Notes: generated by a model not told the origin, from the letters alone. A stretch of 64,000 nucleotides of DNA from Enoplolaimus lenunculus (GCA_030248215.1 JASANG010002922.1:372001-436000); one strand, 5' to 3'; shown: positions 1 through 16,900, counted from the first letter of the stretch. Program-made: numbers and translations.

Positions 1-202
1 CGAGCATTTTCGCGATACCCGGATTAAGGCTATTTGCTAGAAAAATACAGGACCCGAATGCAACTATAATACGACCTAATTTTAGGTATAAATACCAACA
101 CTTCGGCTGGAGGTTGAACTAAAACTGAGAGTTCAAACACTCACATGATCTTGCTTGATTACAATTTTACCCGCATGTGGTCGAATTTTGACAGCTACCT
201 CA

Positions 203-3770
<3,568 letters not shown>

Positions 3771-4687
3771 GTTGTGTAAACTGAGATACGGTTTGTTAGT
3801 GGTTTACAAACTTCAGTTTATTATGAGTTATGCGTCAGAGTATTGGCTTAAAAATGTGCGTCTTAAGTAACTGATGAGTTGGTGTGAATTTTGTAAGTTA
3901 TGCACTATTTTTAGCTGCACTACGAAACAATGCTAGTGAATAACAATGAAGGAGATCTTTACCATTCTACATTATCTTTCAACGTTTCAATTCTAACACA
4001 ATGGCACAACTTAGCTATGTATCTTTTTTGAAAACAGTTGTAGTATATATTTCTAATTTCTCGAGTTGAGCTGCCACAAGAAAAGTTGTTGGCTCGTATC
4101 ACCCGTTAGGGATAAATTACGAACATCGAAACCGGCACAGAAAGAGTGTAAGTGATCCTGCCCCTGCTCACTTCACGGTCGCAATATAAGTTTATATTAT
4201 TAATATGTCAGAACCGTTGCGGCTTTGTCATTTGCCGTCATGATATTTAATAGACAAACCCGCCAATTGGCATTTCTGCCACATCCTGAGAATTGCGAGG
4301 AAATAATCTGGATAGCTTGTTCTCCTCTTCCAGGCGAAAATTATAATTTTATTAAAATAAAAGGAAATTTTAGAACCAGATATTAAGAATCATAGGAATA
4401 TGAGATTTGAGGATTTTAAAGTGGAAAAATCGGTTTTTGAAAGTTTACATAGGTTGTTGTTTTGTTTGCTCTGGGTTCTCTTTATTATTTCAAAATAGGA
4501 AATGTATTTTTGTGACGATTTTCTCTCGTAGTCTCCGAATAGACATTTCGTTAAGTATACGGATTCTAATTGAAGTATACAGGAGTTAAATTCAATCCAG
4601 TTAGTAGTTGTGGAACATATTTCTTTGTATCTCATTCGTGTTTCATGTTCGTTGCTCGTATTCGGATTTGATTGCTACTCTTGTAAA

Positions 4688-5089
4688 CAGGGTGCAATCG
4701 GAATTCCGGTTCCGTTAATATTAAAATCCGGTATTTTTCACAATCCGGTTCCGATAATAAATCCTGTATTTTTCACCTAAATTTTCCGGTATTTTCGGTG
4801 TTGAAAATTTGTCTCATTTGAAAATTTAACAAAAATTGACATATTATTCTAACTTATTTCTCTAAAATTGTCCGTGCGTGTAAAATTGCCGAAACTGTCA
4901 ACTTGTGCCATACTCCATAATTTATCATATGTTTTCATCCACTGCAGTTGTTTCATTATTTTGGCATTCTAAAGGGTGTGTTTACAGCATTAAAAGCGAT
5001 CGGTAACAAGTATTTTTTATTTTCAGGTTCTGGTTCCGGTATTTTTTAACTTTCCGGTTCCGGTGTTTAATAATTCCGGTTGCACCCTG
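4688..5089. mobile_element. hAT-like MITE, same family as 2687-3076
   Basis: CAGGGTGCAA...TTGCACCCTG ends; flanks CTTGTAAA / GTTGTAAA (7 of 8 match). Confidence 0.85.
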
Positions 5090-5960
5090 GTTGTAAAAGT
5101 TCTGCATTAAATTTAACATCGGCTTATAATTGTTAAAAATGAGTTAGACGGGTTACAGAGTAGGCTAAAGACCAGAACTAGATGAGCTCGCCATGTCCTC
5201 TCTAGTCCCTTTAGCCCGAGCCGGAGAAGCCTCCCACATACCCTAATTGGGTGGCCCGCCCCTATAGTGGCCCTCAACCTAACCAGTGGAAGCAAAAACC
5301 GATAAAGTTTAAGATGCGTCTGGCTTGTCGCTCGCTTCGCATGCGAGTTTCGCAGGAGCCGCAACGTCTGCCTACTCGGGCACTGCCTATAGTCCTATCA
5401 CTTAATAAATCTATAGATAGATAACAAGGAGTGCGACATTTAAAATGCTAAAACTGATCTTATATTTCTAACCTAATCATTTGCTAGTTCGCCGTCTACA
5501 AAACTAAATAACCATCTCATAATAGGTGCGCTATACACATTTTAGAATATGGTCCGCAATCCTTTAATTTACTGACAGAACTCTTTTTACGGGCATATAA
5601 AAAAACAAAACAGCAGAAAGCGTTACTGCTGAAATTCAATATTTCTAACCCTTCCTCCACAGGGCTTTGCTTGTTTTAACCGTTTCCTATCTTGAAGATA
5701 TTGGCGGTTCTAGCGTGACGTCGCATGCCAAACAGTTTAAGCGACAATTAATTCGATTAAACGAATTTTTGAGAGTTTATAATACATGCTTTTAAAAGTT
5801 TAATCATGTAAATTTGTTTATTTGTACAACGTTGTGCATCGGTATATATACTTGAGCGATATATAAGAGTAGCTTTGTTCGTGTATTTCACAAAATCAAA
5901 ATTAAGGCAAATTTTTACTCTTGAATTTATACGTTCAAAAGTAAGATTTGTTGAAAGGTT

Positions 5961-6159
5961 GAGCATGTTTAAGGGGCGTCCAGGTTTCTGATGGATCGAT
6001 AAAAGAGTACGTTTAGATTCTAGATTACATTATTTTGCTTAGGCTTTAGGCTTAGGACTAGGCTTAGGCTTAGGAGCACATTTTCGCAACGCTTAGGCTT
6101 AGGTTTAAGCTTAGGAATACGCTTAATCCGCGGTTACGTCCCTTAAAGTAACATTGGCC
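5961..6159 (+). mobile_element. Telomeric-repeat MITE, subfamily C
   Basis: ...CATGTTTAAGGGGCGTCCAGG...(TTAGGC)n...TTAAAGTAACATTGGCC; flanks GAAAGGTT / GAAAGATT. Confidence 0.8.
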
Positions 6160-6432
6160 GAAAGATTTATGAACCCTAGAGATAATTGATCCACCCAAAA
6201 AGGCGACCCCGGATTCTTGTTACCTCCACCCGAATAAGTGTATATAGCATACCTATGTATAGGTTTTGAGCAGCTTAAATTTTTTCTGTTTTCTGATTTT
6301 CTATGAAATCATTATAACAAACTGCATTCATTAAAGTTATGGTTCATATACTAAGATAATAAAGGGTCTTTCTTAGGCTATACTTAGCATCCAAAAAATG
6401 CTGATAGTTAAATTGAAATTATTATTTCAGCA

Positions 6433-8821
6433 ATGCCTGCTACACATTCAACCAAAGCACAATTTCGAGCACTTATCATTGAGCGAAAATCGGAAGCAAA
6501 ACAAATTTGCGTTGAACTCACTGAAATCTTTCCAGCCCAAGATTCAGCAACAATGTTGCCTCCGCGCATTCGATCAAATCCCAAATTCATTCGCCAATTT
6601 CAAAATCGATGTTCTCAACTGAAAATGTCAACGTCAAACTGGTGGTATTCAGTTAAACTTGAGTTTAACTTACGACTTGAATCCGAGGATGTTCAACTGC
6701 TCGCCGAGCATCCTATCACCCAACATTCGCTCGTCAGCATTTCAGCTCAATCCGCTGATCTGTTTAACAGTTATGCTTCAAAATTTACTCGCTTGCAACG
6801 ACTCGAGATTGAAAATCCACACTTGAGCGTTGATTTGCCTGATCCATTGAACAGCGGTGTGTCAAAGTTCACACCATTAGAACCGGATGAAATCGTAAAT
6901 CCACAATTGAGTTGTGATTTTTTCTCATCAGTATTTTCAGAATTTAATTTCCCACGTTCACTTTTAAATTTTGGCATCATGGATTGGAGACTGCCCCTCG
7001 ACACTTCTTCAAACACATTTGAATTGGTTATCGATGACGTAATACGGTGTCAGGCTCTTACAGTATTACGCATTACGAACCCACGGCAATCACAAAACCG
7101 TCCGACACCGGTCGACTTATGTTTAACACTGAGCAGTTGTGTAAATTTAAAAAAATTAAAATTAGTAAATTTCGATATTAATTTCAACTCAACGACGAAT
7201 TCAAACAGTTGCAACGGTACTAAAAGCCGCACTGGAAAAAATGGTGAGTCAAATGAACTCTCTCCAAAATGTAGGCTTTTCGGAACTACACAAACTGCGA
7301 GTCAAATTCAACTCCGCCAGAGTCAAACGTGCGACTCTGTGAGTCGACTTTGACTCTGGCGGATTCGAATTTTGACTCAATTTGTGTAGTGCCGAAAAGC
7401 CTGCTTCGGCGAGAGTCAATTTGACTCACCATTTTTTCCAGTGCATCTGCGAGTATTTGAATGTGTTTCGTGCACTGTTGATCACAAACATGCTAACGAA
7501 CCTATTCTAGCTTGTCACGCATTACACAGTCTTGTTTGGTTGAATTTAAAATATTCAAAATTTGTTCAAAATTCAGCTGCTTCGATCGAAGTACCTACGA
7601 GCTTAATGCTGCCTCAAAGCAACGTAAACCTACGTCAACTGAACCTTAAAGCTGTCTCGGTGGTAAGTATAGAGTTGGTCAAAAATTTAAACGTTCCAAA
7701 CTTACAATCGTTGGACTTGTCTTTGACTCCGGCTGTGGAAAAGAAACAAATATTTGTGTGTTTGGCAGAAATGAAAGCCGCAGGTCGAATTGGTTCTTTG
7801 AAGCGGTTAATAACTGCACGACGAGACATCGCTCACCTTCCGGCGGAAGTCGCAAAAGCATTAGGTTAGAAAGTTTAGAGTTTGTATATCTATTTTTACG
7901 TTTATGTTTCAGAATGCACGGTAAATTCCGATGAGTTGAATATAATCAACTTTAGCTAGCGAGTTAGTTCTTTCTGAGTTTATAACTATAAGCATTAGTT
8001 CACTATAGAGTTGAGTTGATTTTCACTTTCAGTTGATTTGATTCCGGGTGAGTTGACCAGTTAAATCAGCTTGCGTTAAATCAGCTCACAATTCTGAGTT
8101 CTAATAGTCCTAACTCAGACTGAGTGATTAAACTCATTCTGAGTTAAAATCAACTCACTGGAATTTACAGTGTGACAAGTTTTGCGACCAAAAAACTTAA
8201 AGGCTGCCAAAAAACTGTAGACAGTATAATTTCATTGTTGAAAGTCTAAATAAAAGTCTCAACAACTCTGTGTCACCACAAGCACATTTGAAGCTTCTAG
8301 TGACCAATTTGCATTGACAAATTTTCCAGACGACAACGCTATTTTTGGGTAAGTATCTTTACCATCGTTTCTTCGTTGGATACTTTAGTTGACCGCGAAC
8401 TGGCCAAAAACAGTTTATAATTTCAGCGATCAAACCCGATTACATTTCATTGTTATCGCTTGTTGCAATTTTCTCTGAACTTTCACAGTTAAACGTTCAC
8501 AATCACGTTCAGTTAGCGTTTCAATGTAACAAACAAATCGAAAAATTTGCTGAATTAACAGCGTCCAGTTTAGTTCAGTTTGAATGTGACGCAACTCAAC
8601 TTTTAAACTCATTCGAAACGTTTAAACTGTTTGTTCATGCGCGAAAATCCTTTGAAGATACCGACCACCAAACGGAAACATCTCTGCGTTGGCTATCGCT
8701 GACGTGTGAATTTGACGCGTCGACGTTGAAAGCGATGAAAGATTGGGGCCGAATTTGTCGTGATATGGTTACTGCTCGAGTAATACTTGCTAAACCGGGA
8801 ACCGAAAAGTCTGAAGAATAA
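6433..8821 (+). CDS. Leucine-rich-repeat-like protein (F-box/LRR type), possibly a pseudogene; proposed exons 6433-7243, 7442-7864, 8427-8821 (about 542 aa)
   Basis: ORFs 6433-7353 and 7441-7869 are in the same frame and separated by a MITE. LxxLxL motifs include LKKLKLVNF, LVWLNLKY, LRQLNLKAV and LQSLDLSLT. Donor TTAG|gttaga at 7864 and acceptor tttcag|CG at 8427 are phase-compatible. The 5' end and functionality are uncertain. Confidence 0.55.
7230..7443. mobile_element. CACTG...CAGTG MITE (CMC/Mirage-like, 2-bp TSD) inserted in a coding exon
   Basis: TIR CACTGGAAAAAATGGTGAGTCAAA / TTTGACTCACCATTTTTTCCAGTG; flanks CG / CA. A related copy at 50004-50128 has a CA / CA TSD. Confidence 0.9.
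7917..8172. mobile_element. CAC...GTG MITE (second family, 2-bp TSD)
   Basis: TIR CACGGTAAATTCC...TGAGTTGA / TCAACTCACTGGAATTTACAGTG; TSD TG / TG; internal TGAGTT repeats. A related copy at 37248-37452 has a TA / TA TSD. Confidence 0.85.
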
Positions 8822-8879
8822 AGTTTATAACATCAGATAGCAACGTACCATTTTAAAACTTCAAATATATATGTTTCTG

Positions 8880-9380
8880 TATATGTCTTAGGCTAATCTG
8901 CTATTCAGAACAATCACCAAATGGCCTATGCCAATCGGCTATTCAGAGCAAATAGCAGTTCGGCATAGGCTATAGCGATTGTGAGATGTAGCAAACAACA
9001 GTGATGATGTAAAACCAGCGCTGATTGGTACGGGAAGTTCGCCAGTCCAAACAAGCAAATCCGATTGGTCTATAAGTTCAATAGCAGTTTAGGTAAAGCC
9101 CTATTCACACGTGCAAATTTTTACTGCGAGAACTTGCAGCCGCTAATTGCACGTAGAAAATGCATTTTTCATGATTTTTAATGAATTATTTGCAGCGGCA
9201 ATTTTTTTCGAACGGGGTTTTGGACAAAACATGCAAGTGCACGTTGCAGCTGCAAGTTCTCGCAGTAAAAACACACACCTGTGAATAGGGCTTCAGACAA
9301 ACTGCTACATAAAATATCAGATTGGCCTATAGGCCAATTAGTAATTGGTCTGAATAGCAGATTGGCCTACGTCACGTATA
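8880..9380. mobile_element. Long-TIR MITE hosting a nested PIF/Harbinger-like MITE (9097-9292)
   Basis: Outer inverted repeat TAGGCTAATCTGCTATTCAGAACAAT / ATTGGTCTGAATAGCAGATTGGCCTA. Inner element AGCCCTATTCACACG...GTGAATAGGGCT, flanked by TAA / TCA. Confidence 0.75.
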
Positions 9381-9719
9381 TTGCAGTGTTGTTTAAAACC
9401 AAACAAGCCAACGTTGATCGATTTTGTTAATGTTAACTGCATTCATTATGGTAACTTTTTTTACAAGAATTTATCCAATTACTCAACTAAAAACGTACAC
9501 TGTGCATTTTGTTGTTAAAATTTTAACACTGCGTTTTGTACAAAACATCTTTGTAACAGTGCGCAGTTTACGATAAACAGTAAAATCTCCAAGGCGAATG
9601 CAGATTTTTGTTTATATTCGTACTGTTGAACGTTTTTAGACTTCAGAAAATTAAATTTTTCCAAATTTAACTCCGGAGAAATTTGTTTTAAGAGCGTTTT
9701 TCGATACGCTCAAAAGCAC

Positions 9720-9861
9720 GGCCCATGTAAAGATCAGGGGCGCAACGTTTTTCTGTTGTACTAGAAATGAGTAAGCTTAAACTTTAGACGAAATTTTTTA
9801 CTAGGCTTAGGCTTAGGAATATGCTCATGATACTGTTCCGCCTCGGTTCTTTACATTGGCC
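9720..9861 (+). mobile_element. Telomeric-repeat MITE, subfamily A (Merlin-like)
   Basis: GGCCCATGTAAAGA...TCTTTACATTGGCC; flanks AAAAGCAC / AAAAGCAG; internal TTAGGC repeats. Confidence 0.88.
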
Positions 9862-10593
9862 AAAAGCAGTAAAATCCAGCCCAGTCGTCTAGGTGGGGCT
9901 AAACTTTTTTCAGGAGCGGTATAACACTGCCTTTGGTTACAGGGCCCGAGTGAACCAGAAACCTCTAAGATATCTGCCATGAAAACAGCCTAAAGCTGTT
10001 TTCAAACTATTTAACGGTAAGCAGCGCAGACTTTCGGCTTCCGCCGGGTTACGATTTTAGGTCTTTACAAGTTTAGAAACCAACGTATAGAACAGATCCG
10101 TTACTATAAACATATTTCTAAGCCTACGCATAAAAATGAGCTTACACCTAAGCATGAGCCAATTAGCGTGATGCTAAGCAAAAAATATTTGTCGAAAGCT
10201 TAAGTTCACTCTACTCAGGCTCGCAGATACACGTTCCGCGGCCCATGTAAAGAACAAGGTCGGATCGTTTTCCGGAGGGGCTATAATAGAGTCAGTTTAA
10301 GCTTTAGAATATTTTTTTTGCTTAGGCTTAGGCTTAGGAATAGGCTCATCCATACGCTTAGGCTTAGGAATAGGCTCATCCATACGCTTAGGCTTAGGCT
10401 TAGATTTAGGAATATGTTTATACTACTGTTCCGGCCCTGTTCTATACATGGGCCGTTCAGCCCCGATCTTTACATGGGCCCACGAGAAACTGGCTTATTT
10501 TGTATGTTTAGTGTGAATACTCAAAAGTACAGGTAACAAAACCGTTTTTTGGATATAACTATTCCAGGTATGTACTGATAATACATAAACAGT

Positions 10594-12457
10594 ATGATGA
10601 CTTCTATTACGCTAGTAATCGCCTTTATCATTTCAGTCATTGCAGTGGTAAATGGTAGGATTTACGTTTAATTATATATATAAGTTGGTATAATAAATAA
10701 AATATAGTTGTTGTTCATGGTAAATATATTAAAGGTCTGGGTTTGTTTTAAACACCAATTCAGTCAAATATTCTAACAATAACCTGAATTTTTCGTATTG
10801 GCCCAAAAATTGAACTGCTCCAAATATTTCTCGGTTGTTACATTTGTATTCAGTATTGAGCAGGTTCAAAGATACGTTGAAATATTGTTTTTAAATTATT
10901 TTTGTGGTTTACAGAAATTTAACCTGGTTTCGAACGGTTAATTTAAATGCGGCCTCATTAAACCACGCCGATGTATACAAAATGGACTAAAGCCAAAATA
11001 TATATACAGTACAATTATTGTGATCATATTTTCAAATGTGTATAGCACCTATCAGAAGTTGATGAGAGCACGTCTTGGTTACTTTTAAACCAGTTAATGG
11101 TGAGGTTCAAAATTTAGCAAACTTGCGTTCAATTTGCTTTATGTGGTTTTTGAGATTGACAAACTTTGCAGTTCGCTTGTTCGTATTAAACTAAAGTTGT
11201 GAATACAGCTGCATTTCGTGTAATTCAACTTAAACGCACGCAATGTCATCTGCACAGTCCTGTGTTTGTCCTATTGTCGTTTTGATTTTACAGCGGAAAC
11301 ATTTAATGCCCTTCCTGGTCTCGGAGTGGCGTTTCCGGTCACTGGCGATTTGGCAACTCCGGAAGCCTACAAAAATCTAACGGATCTATTTCCACACATT
11401 CAAAATCCTTACATAAATGAAGATTTGTTCAACGCACCGTCGGATTCAAGTAATTCTATTCATAGATTAATTTGTTATGTTAACCCATGTTACTTTTGGG
11501 AAGTTTTCGTGTTTGTTCGGAAAAGCAATAGAGCAGATTCAATAAGTATTAACTTAGGTCTAGGTTTAATAGGCCGGCAGATATCGCCCGATTCAATAAG
11601 AAAGTATTTTAACATTCAGACATGTTTTTCTGAAATTTAGGACAATTTTTCAAAAATAACTCAAAGCCGTTGTTTTCACTATCAAAAAAAAAATCCCAAA
11701 TTTCAAGGCAACTTCTTAGAGTTATAAATGTAAGAAATTATTCTTAAATATCAGAAATATTATTTTGAGTGTAAAGGCTAAGCTTAAGCTTTATTAAAGA
11801 AATATGCTCATTCTTACGTTTAGGCTTATGCTTTGGCTTAGGAGTATGCTTATAATACTGTTCCGTCCCTGTTCGTTACATTGGCCGTTTTAATGGTGAT
11901 ATACCAATTTTTTCCTAATTTTACCAGCATATGGCACCATATTATTTGAACCTTATCCAGGTAGTGTTTAATACCTAAACCAGGTTCTGACCGCAAAAGT
12001 GCGTACCAATACACCGGACACTGCTAAAATTATGGGTGTAGGTATGATTACAGGTTAGTAATTTTCAGACAAATGGGTGTACCGCCCCAACTCGAAAGCG
12101 TCCAATGGCGATCTGGTTCAACAATACATCAAAGACCGCATATTCCCAGCATGGGGTGGAGGGTTTGTGTCAAACTTAAACTCTGGTCAATTTGCTGGCG
12201 GATGGGGCACGCGAGCGGACAGTCCGTACAAACAACGGCTCCAGAGAGGACCTCAAGGCGACATCAAAATCCGAACACAAGATCCGTTTGGGTTCGGGAT
12301 TATGAGAGGCAATTTGCTTGCACTTCCGCGTCTGTACGGCATGTTGTTTCCGGTTCAAAAACAAGATTTGGCTGGTGGCCGAGATTTGGTCTCTCGGAGG
12401 TTTAACTATCAACGCCGAATCAATCCGTTCGGATTTCGAGGACCTATTTATACTTAA
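10594..12457 (+). CDS. Secreted protein of unknown family (about 212 aa), Gly/aromatic/Arg-rich C-terminal half
   Basis: Exons 10594-10654, 11294-11449, 11928-11960 and 12069-12457 join in phase 1 throughout. Signal-peptide-like start MMTSITLVIAFIISVIAVVNA; ends RRINPFGFRGPIYT. Confidence 0.8.
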
Positions 12458-13985
12458 ATGTTGAAGGTTTGAAATGTTAGCCAATGCGTCGAACGGCATC
12501 GTAACAGTAGTATCCACATATTCCTAAACGTAACCTAAGTGTAAGTCTAAAGCTTGAACAAAAAATAGTCTAAAACTTAAGTTTATATACTGGATTGCAG
12601 TTCAGCGTGAGTCGGTGTCTCTTGCAGGCTTATACACGAGGCGTAGCCCAAGACCTCAAATCAGAAGGTGTACAATTTCATATGAAAATTTTTTCAACAT
12701 CAAAGATCTGGGTATAGACGGTTCTTAAACCTTATCAAAACTACTTTTTCTAATCTTGCCAGAAGCATTGGGAAATGATAAGTGCCTGTCCCTTTCTACG
12801 CGACCCTGGATCCCATACAGGCTTGAAGCCAGTTCTGAGGAAGACCAATAATATCAGCGGGCATATGGCTATTTGGTATAACCTAGAAGTTTGGTCAAAC
12901 CTTGACAGAAGGTTGGCAAAATATTTCTTGGTGTTACACATGGGCTAAACTAGAAGCGTGCCGCTCGACGCCATCACTATCTGTCGGACACCACCAAATA
13001 GATGTGTATATTTTTGATAGCAATGCATAGTGGCGTGCGGTGGCCCGCGGCGCCGTCCGGCACAAAGTATAGCGCAACCCTAAGAAAGCTTTAACTTCGT
13101 GGTTCCGGTTGGCTACTCGTCCGACGTTCTAGAAAGCAAATTATAGCAAATTATACTATTTTGAAAGTTATGGATAAGTTTTGCAATTTAAAATATGTAA
13201 TTTAATCAAATACGGTTTTACAGGATAATTACTTTTATTTAAATAAAATCACAATAAAGACAAAAATATACAAAAATGGAATGTTCGAATATAATGAAAG
13301 CATAAATGCTTACTGTGGGACTGCAATGGAGTAAGCTTAAGCTTAAGACCGATTTTGTTTGCTTAGGTTTAGGCTTTGGCTTAGATATAAGCTCATTCGT
13401 ACGCTTACGCTGAGGTTCAGCGGCCCATGTAAAGGCAAAAGGTGGCGCGTGTTTCTATGGGAATAGAAAAGAGTAAACTTAGGCTTTAGATTAATTTTAC
13501 TGCTTGTTTTAGGCTTAGGCTTAGGCTTACGAATATGTTCATTCTTACACTTAGGCTTAGGGTTACGAATATGCTCATTCTTACGCTTAGGCTTAGGCCT
13601 TGGCTTTTAGGCTTAGGAATATGCTTATATATAATACTGTTCCGGGCCTATTTTTACATTGGATGGTCCAACTTAGGAATTATTTGCATATTGATCCTGT
13701 TCTAAAATTGGCTCAAAATTTTAAGATTTTGATATAACTTAGGAGTCAGTTGATTTTACAGCAAGAAAGTATGCAGCTTAAAGTTTAATAAACTGAAATA
13801 CGTTTAAGGCAGTCAAAGATCATATGTTAGGGCATAAGAAGTTGTATTGATTTCTAACTTGGAATATTTTTAGTATATTTTTAATTCATACCGGAAGGAA
13901 ATGCTATATTTGTTTAAACTTTCGATACTAAAATCGCCAAAATATAGTGCGTGAAAAATACTACAGGCACTGCGGTATTAAAGAT

Positions 13986-16900
13986 TTAGCATTCTGATAG
14001 CCTTGCATCAATTATCCTTTGATCTATTTGTTCTGACTTCTTCTCGGGCTCGTGAGCGTAGTCCATCGTAAGTACTCCATCAGATACCTGAATACACATC
14101 ACTACAATCCCTTCCGCAACCCTTGCATAACATCCTGGATATATTACAGTACTGTTATCTTCACCGTCCGGAGAATACAAGCAATGCGTGTGCCGTTGAA
14201 AGCCGTATCCTTCGAATCGTGAATTTTCCAATTCGCCGTTGAATTTGAAGTTTGAATTTTCATTTAAAGATGGGTTGAAATCTGGCCAGGGAGCCGAAAA
14301 TGGAACAAAATCACATTTACTCATCAAAAGATAGGGTGGTGAGCCAACTGGCCAACTTTCACCGAACGCTCGTTCGGCACCGTTGTCACTGACACAACCG
14401 ATCAAATCGTGGCTGTACAGTTCTGAAAGTTTAATTTCGATTTTATGCGTTGTTACACAATCAGTGGCGTAGGATGAGGTCATTTCGGGTTGGCATAGCT
14501 TGAAGGGCCCATGGTTACTTTTAGGGCCCTTCCATTTTATAGTGGGCTGAAAAGTGTGGCCTTAGATTTTGGAGTATAGTTTGGCTTACGCTTAGGATTA
14601 GGCTTTTTTCACCAAAGCAATTGCAATCAGTGGCATGAATAGGATTACATTTTGGGCTGGCATAACTTCAAAGGCCTATTTTACTTTATGAACCTTCTTC
14701 CCTCTATGCGCCGAAAAGAGGAATTGGCATACGTTTAGGTTTTTACCCTTTTCAAAGGCACGTTTTTTAGCTTAGAAATTAATCTATAGTTACGGCCCTA
14801 AAATTAACATTTTCTACTTTTAGCATTAATAATTTCTCAGTTCTTAACCCTTTCGCTCATAGAGTTGTACTATGAGCAACTAAATACAAATAATATACGA
14901 TCAATACAGACACTGCAAGCTGTGTTTAACAATTCTAACTTATATGCGCAGTGCAAAATCTCCATAAGACGTGAGAGCTCCCTCGGGGTTGAGCGTCAAG
15001 CTCCTGTAGCTCAGTGGTTATCGTAAACGCCTCCCTTCCGTGAGATTAAAGATCGAATCTTACCTTGAAATTACATTGATATAAAATTGAAAATATTCAT
15101 GTGAGAAAGGGTTAAAGCAGTTATCAAAGCAAACAAAAGTATACATATTTTCCAACAGTATGCCAGGAATTTCGCAGGGTACAATTCTTTTGTCTACTTC
15201 CGTATTCGACAGCTGTTGAAATGCTTACAACACTAAACATCTTAACTTATTACGACCACAAAATTGCGTATTTTGCTACTAGATTGCTTCGTCGCTTATT
15301 GCAGAATTAACTGTTTTAGTATGATTCTCCTTGCATGACACTTTATAAGCATATTTAAAATTTTATTGAAAAATAATACAAATTCCGCAATATCATGCGT
15401 ACACTTGGTGACTTTTGAGGGTGCAGTGTGATGGACACTGAAGCTTTTTATGGCTTCATTGAAGGTTGAAAATTTTCTAGGCTGGCCAAAATTTTTCCAG
15501 GGGGGCGCAGCACCCCCCTGTCCCCTCCTGTATGCAATTTACTTGTGACCGGGTCTCGCCTGCATCGGTATATAAATCCAGTGTCGTAATACTTGTCACC
15601 GTCAGTAAATAAATTGGTTGCGTTGTAGACGCATCCGGCGATTTGTTTTATGACCATCCCGTTGTCTGGCAATATCTCACATTTGAACCAATACAGTGAA
15701 TCTACTATGTTGTCACCAATCTAAAATAATTCTCAGCAGCATGTCGACAAACTGGCCAATGTAAACAACAGGGGCGGAAAAGTATTATAAGCATATTTCT
15801 ATGCCTAATTTTAAGCCTAATCATAAGCGTAGGAATGAGCATATTATTAAGCCAAAACCTAAGCCTACGCCAAGCAAAAAACAGTCTAAAGCTTAAGCTT
15901 ACTCTTTTCTAGTCCCGCAGAAAAACGTTTTGCCCTGATCTTTACATGGGCCGACAACCTTATAGCTGGTTTGACTTTTTGCTTCACAGTCTCTAAGGTT
16001 TTAGATTTTTATTATGAAAAATTTCATCCAACGTTTGCAATTCAAAAGTTAAAGTCGTATTCAACTGCTACAAATTTTTCTAAATCAGTTCGGAAAATCA
16101 ACAGATTATAAAAACATTGGCCAATGTGCAGAACGGAACAGTAATAGCACAATAAGCCTAGGTCTAAGCGTAAAAATGAGCATATACCTAAACCTAAGCT
16201 TAAACCTAGACAACAAATAGTCTAAAGCTTAAGCTCACTCTATTGCAGTCTTGCAAACAAACGTTCCGCCCTCGATGTTTACATGAACCAAAATGATTTA
16301 CTTTAAAAAACAATTTATATCTACTTCATCCTACTGTATAATGGACAAAATTCGATCCACCTCAGGACCGCAAACTACATTAAGGTAGAAATGTTTAATA
16401 ATGCGCGCAAAAAACATTTTGCTAGCATTCTTTAATACGTTTAGTATTTTTTCGTCCAGGGCTAGTGAATATATCCGTAGAGGGGCCCCATTTTGCGCAC
16501 CCCGTAGTCACAGCCCTGCACCAACTAAACAACTGTTAAGCAACAACAAACCTGTTTACCTTGTAACCTTTATCTCGGTGTAAACATCCAATCGGAGTTA
16601 AGCGCACTCGACTGCCTGCGGGATCGTCTGTCACCAGCTCACAAATGAAGCTATAGCCTCCCAGGTTCAATTCTTGACCCGGGTATACTCGATGCTTATA
16701 GTTGTTCAGGCAACCTAAATAGGTACTGCTTGAAATTAAGGTGGCGTAGGAGTCAATAAAGACGTATTACGTTATCACCAGCTGGCGTAATAGGTGCTAC
16801 ACACATTTGACAATAATGGCAATAGGCCTATGTGCTCCAATTAGCGATAGGTTTTCAAACCGACGAACTCCTGCAATTGCAAATCTAAAAGCTGACTCAA

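Noticed and set aside
15000..15070. Functional tRNA gene
   Set aside because: A/B-box-like motifs are present, but I could not pair a proper acceptor or anticodon stem, and it lies inside a MITE.
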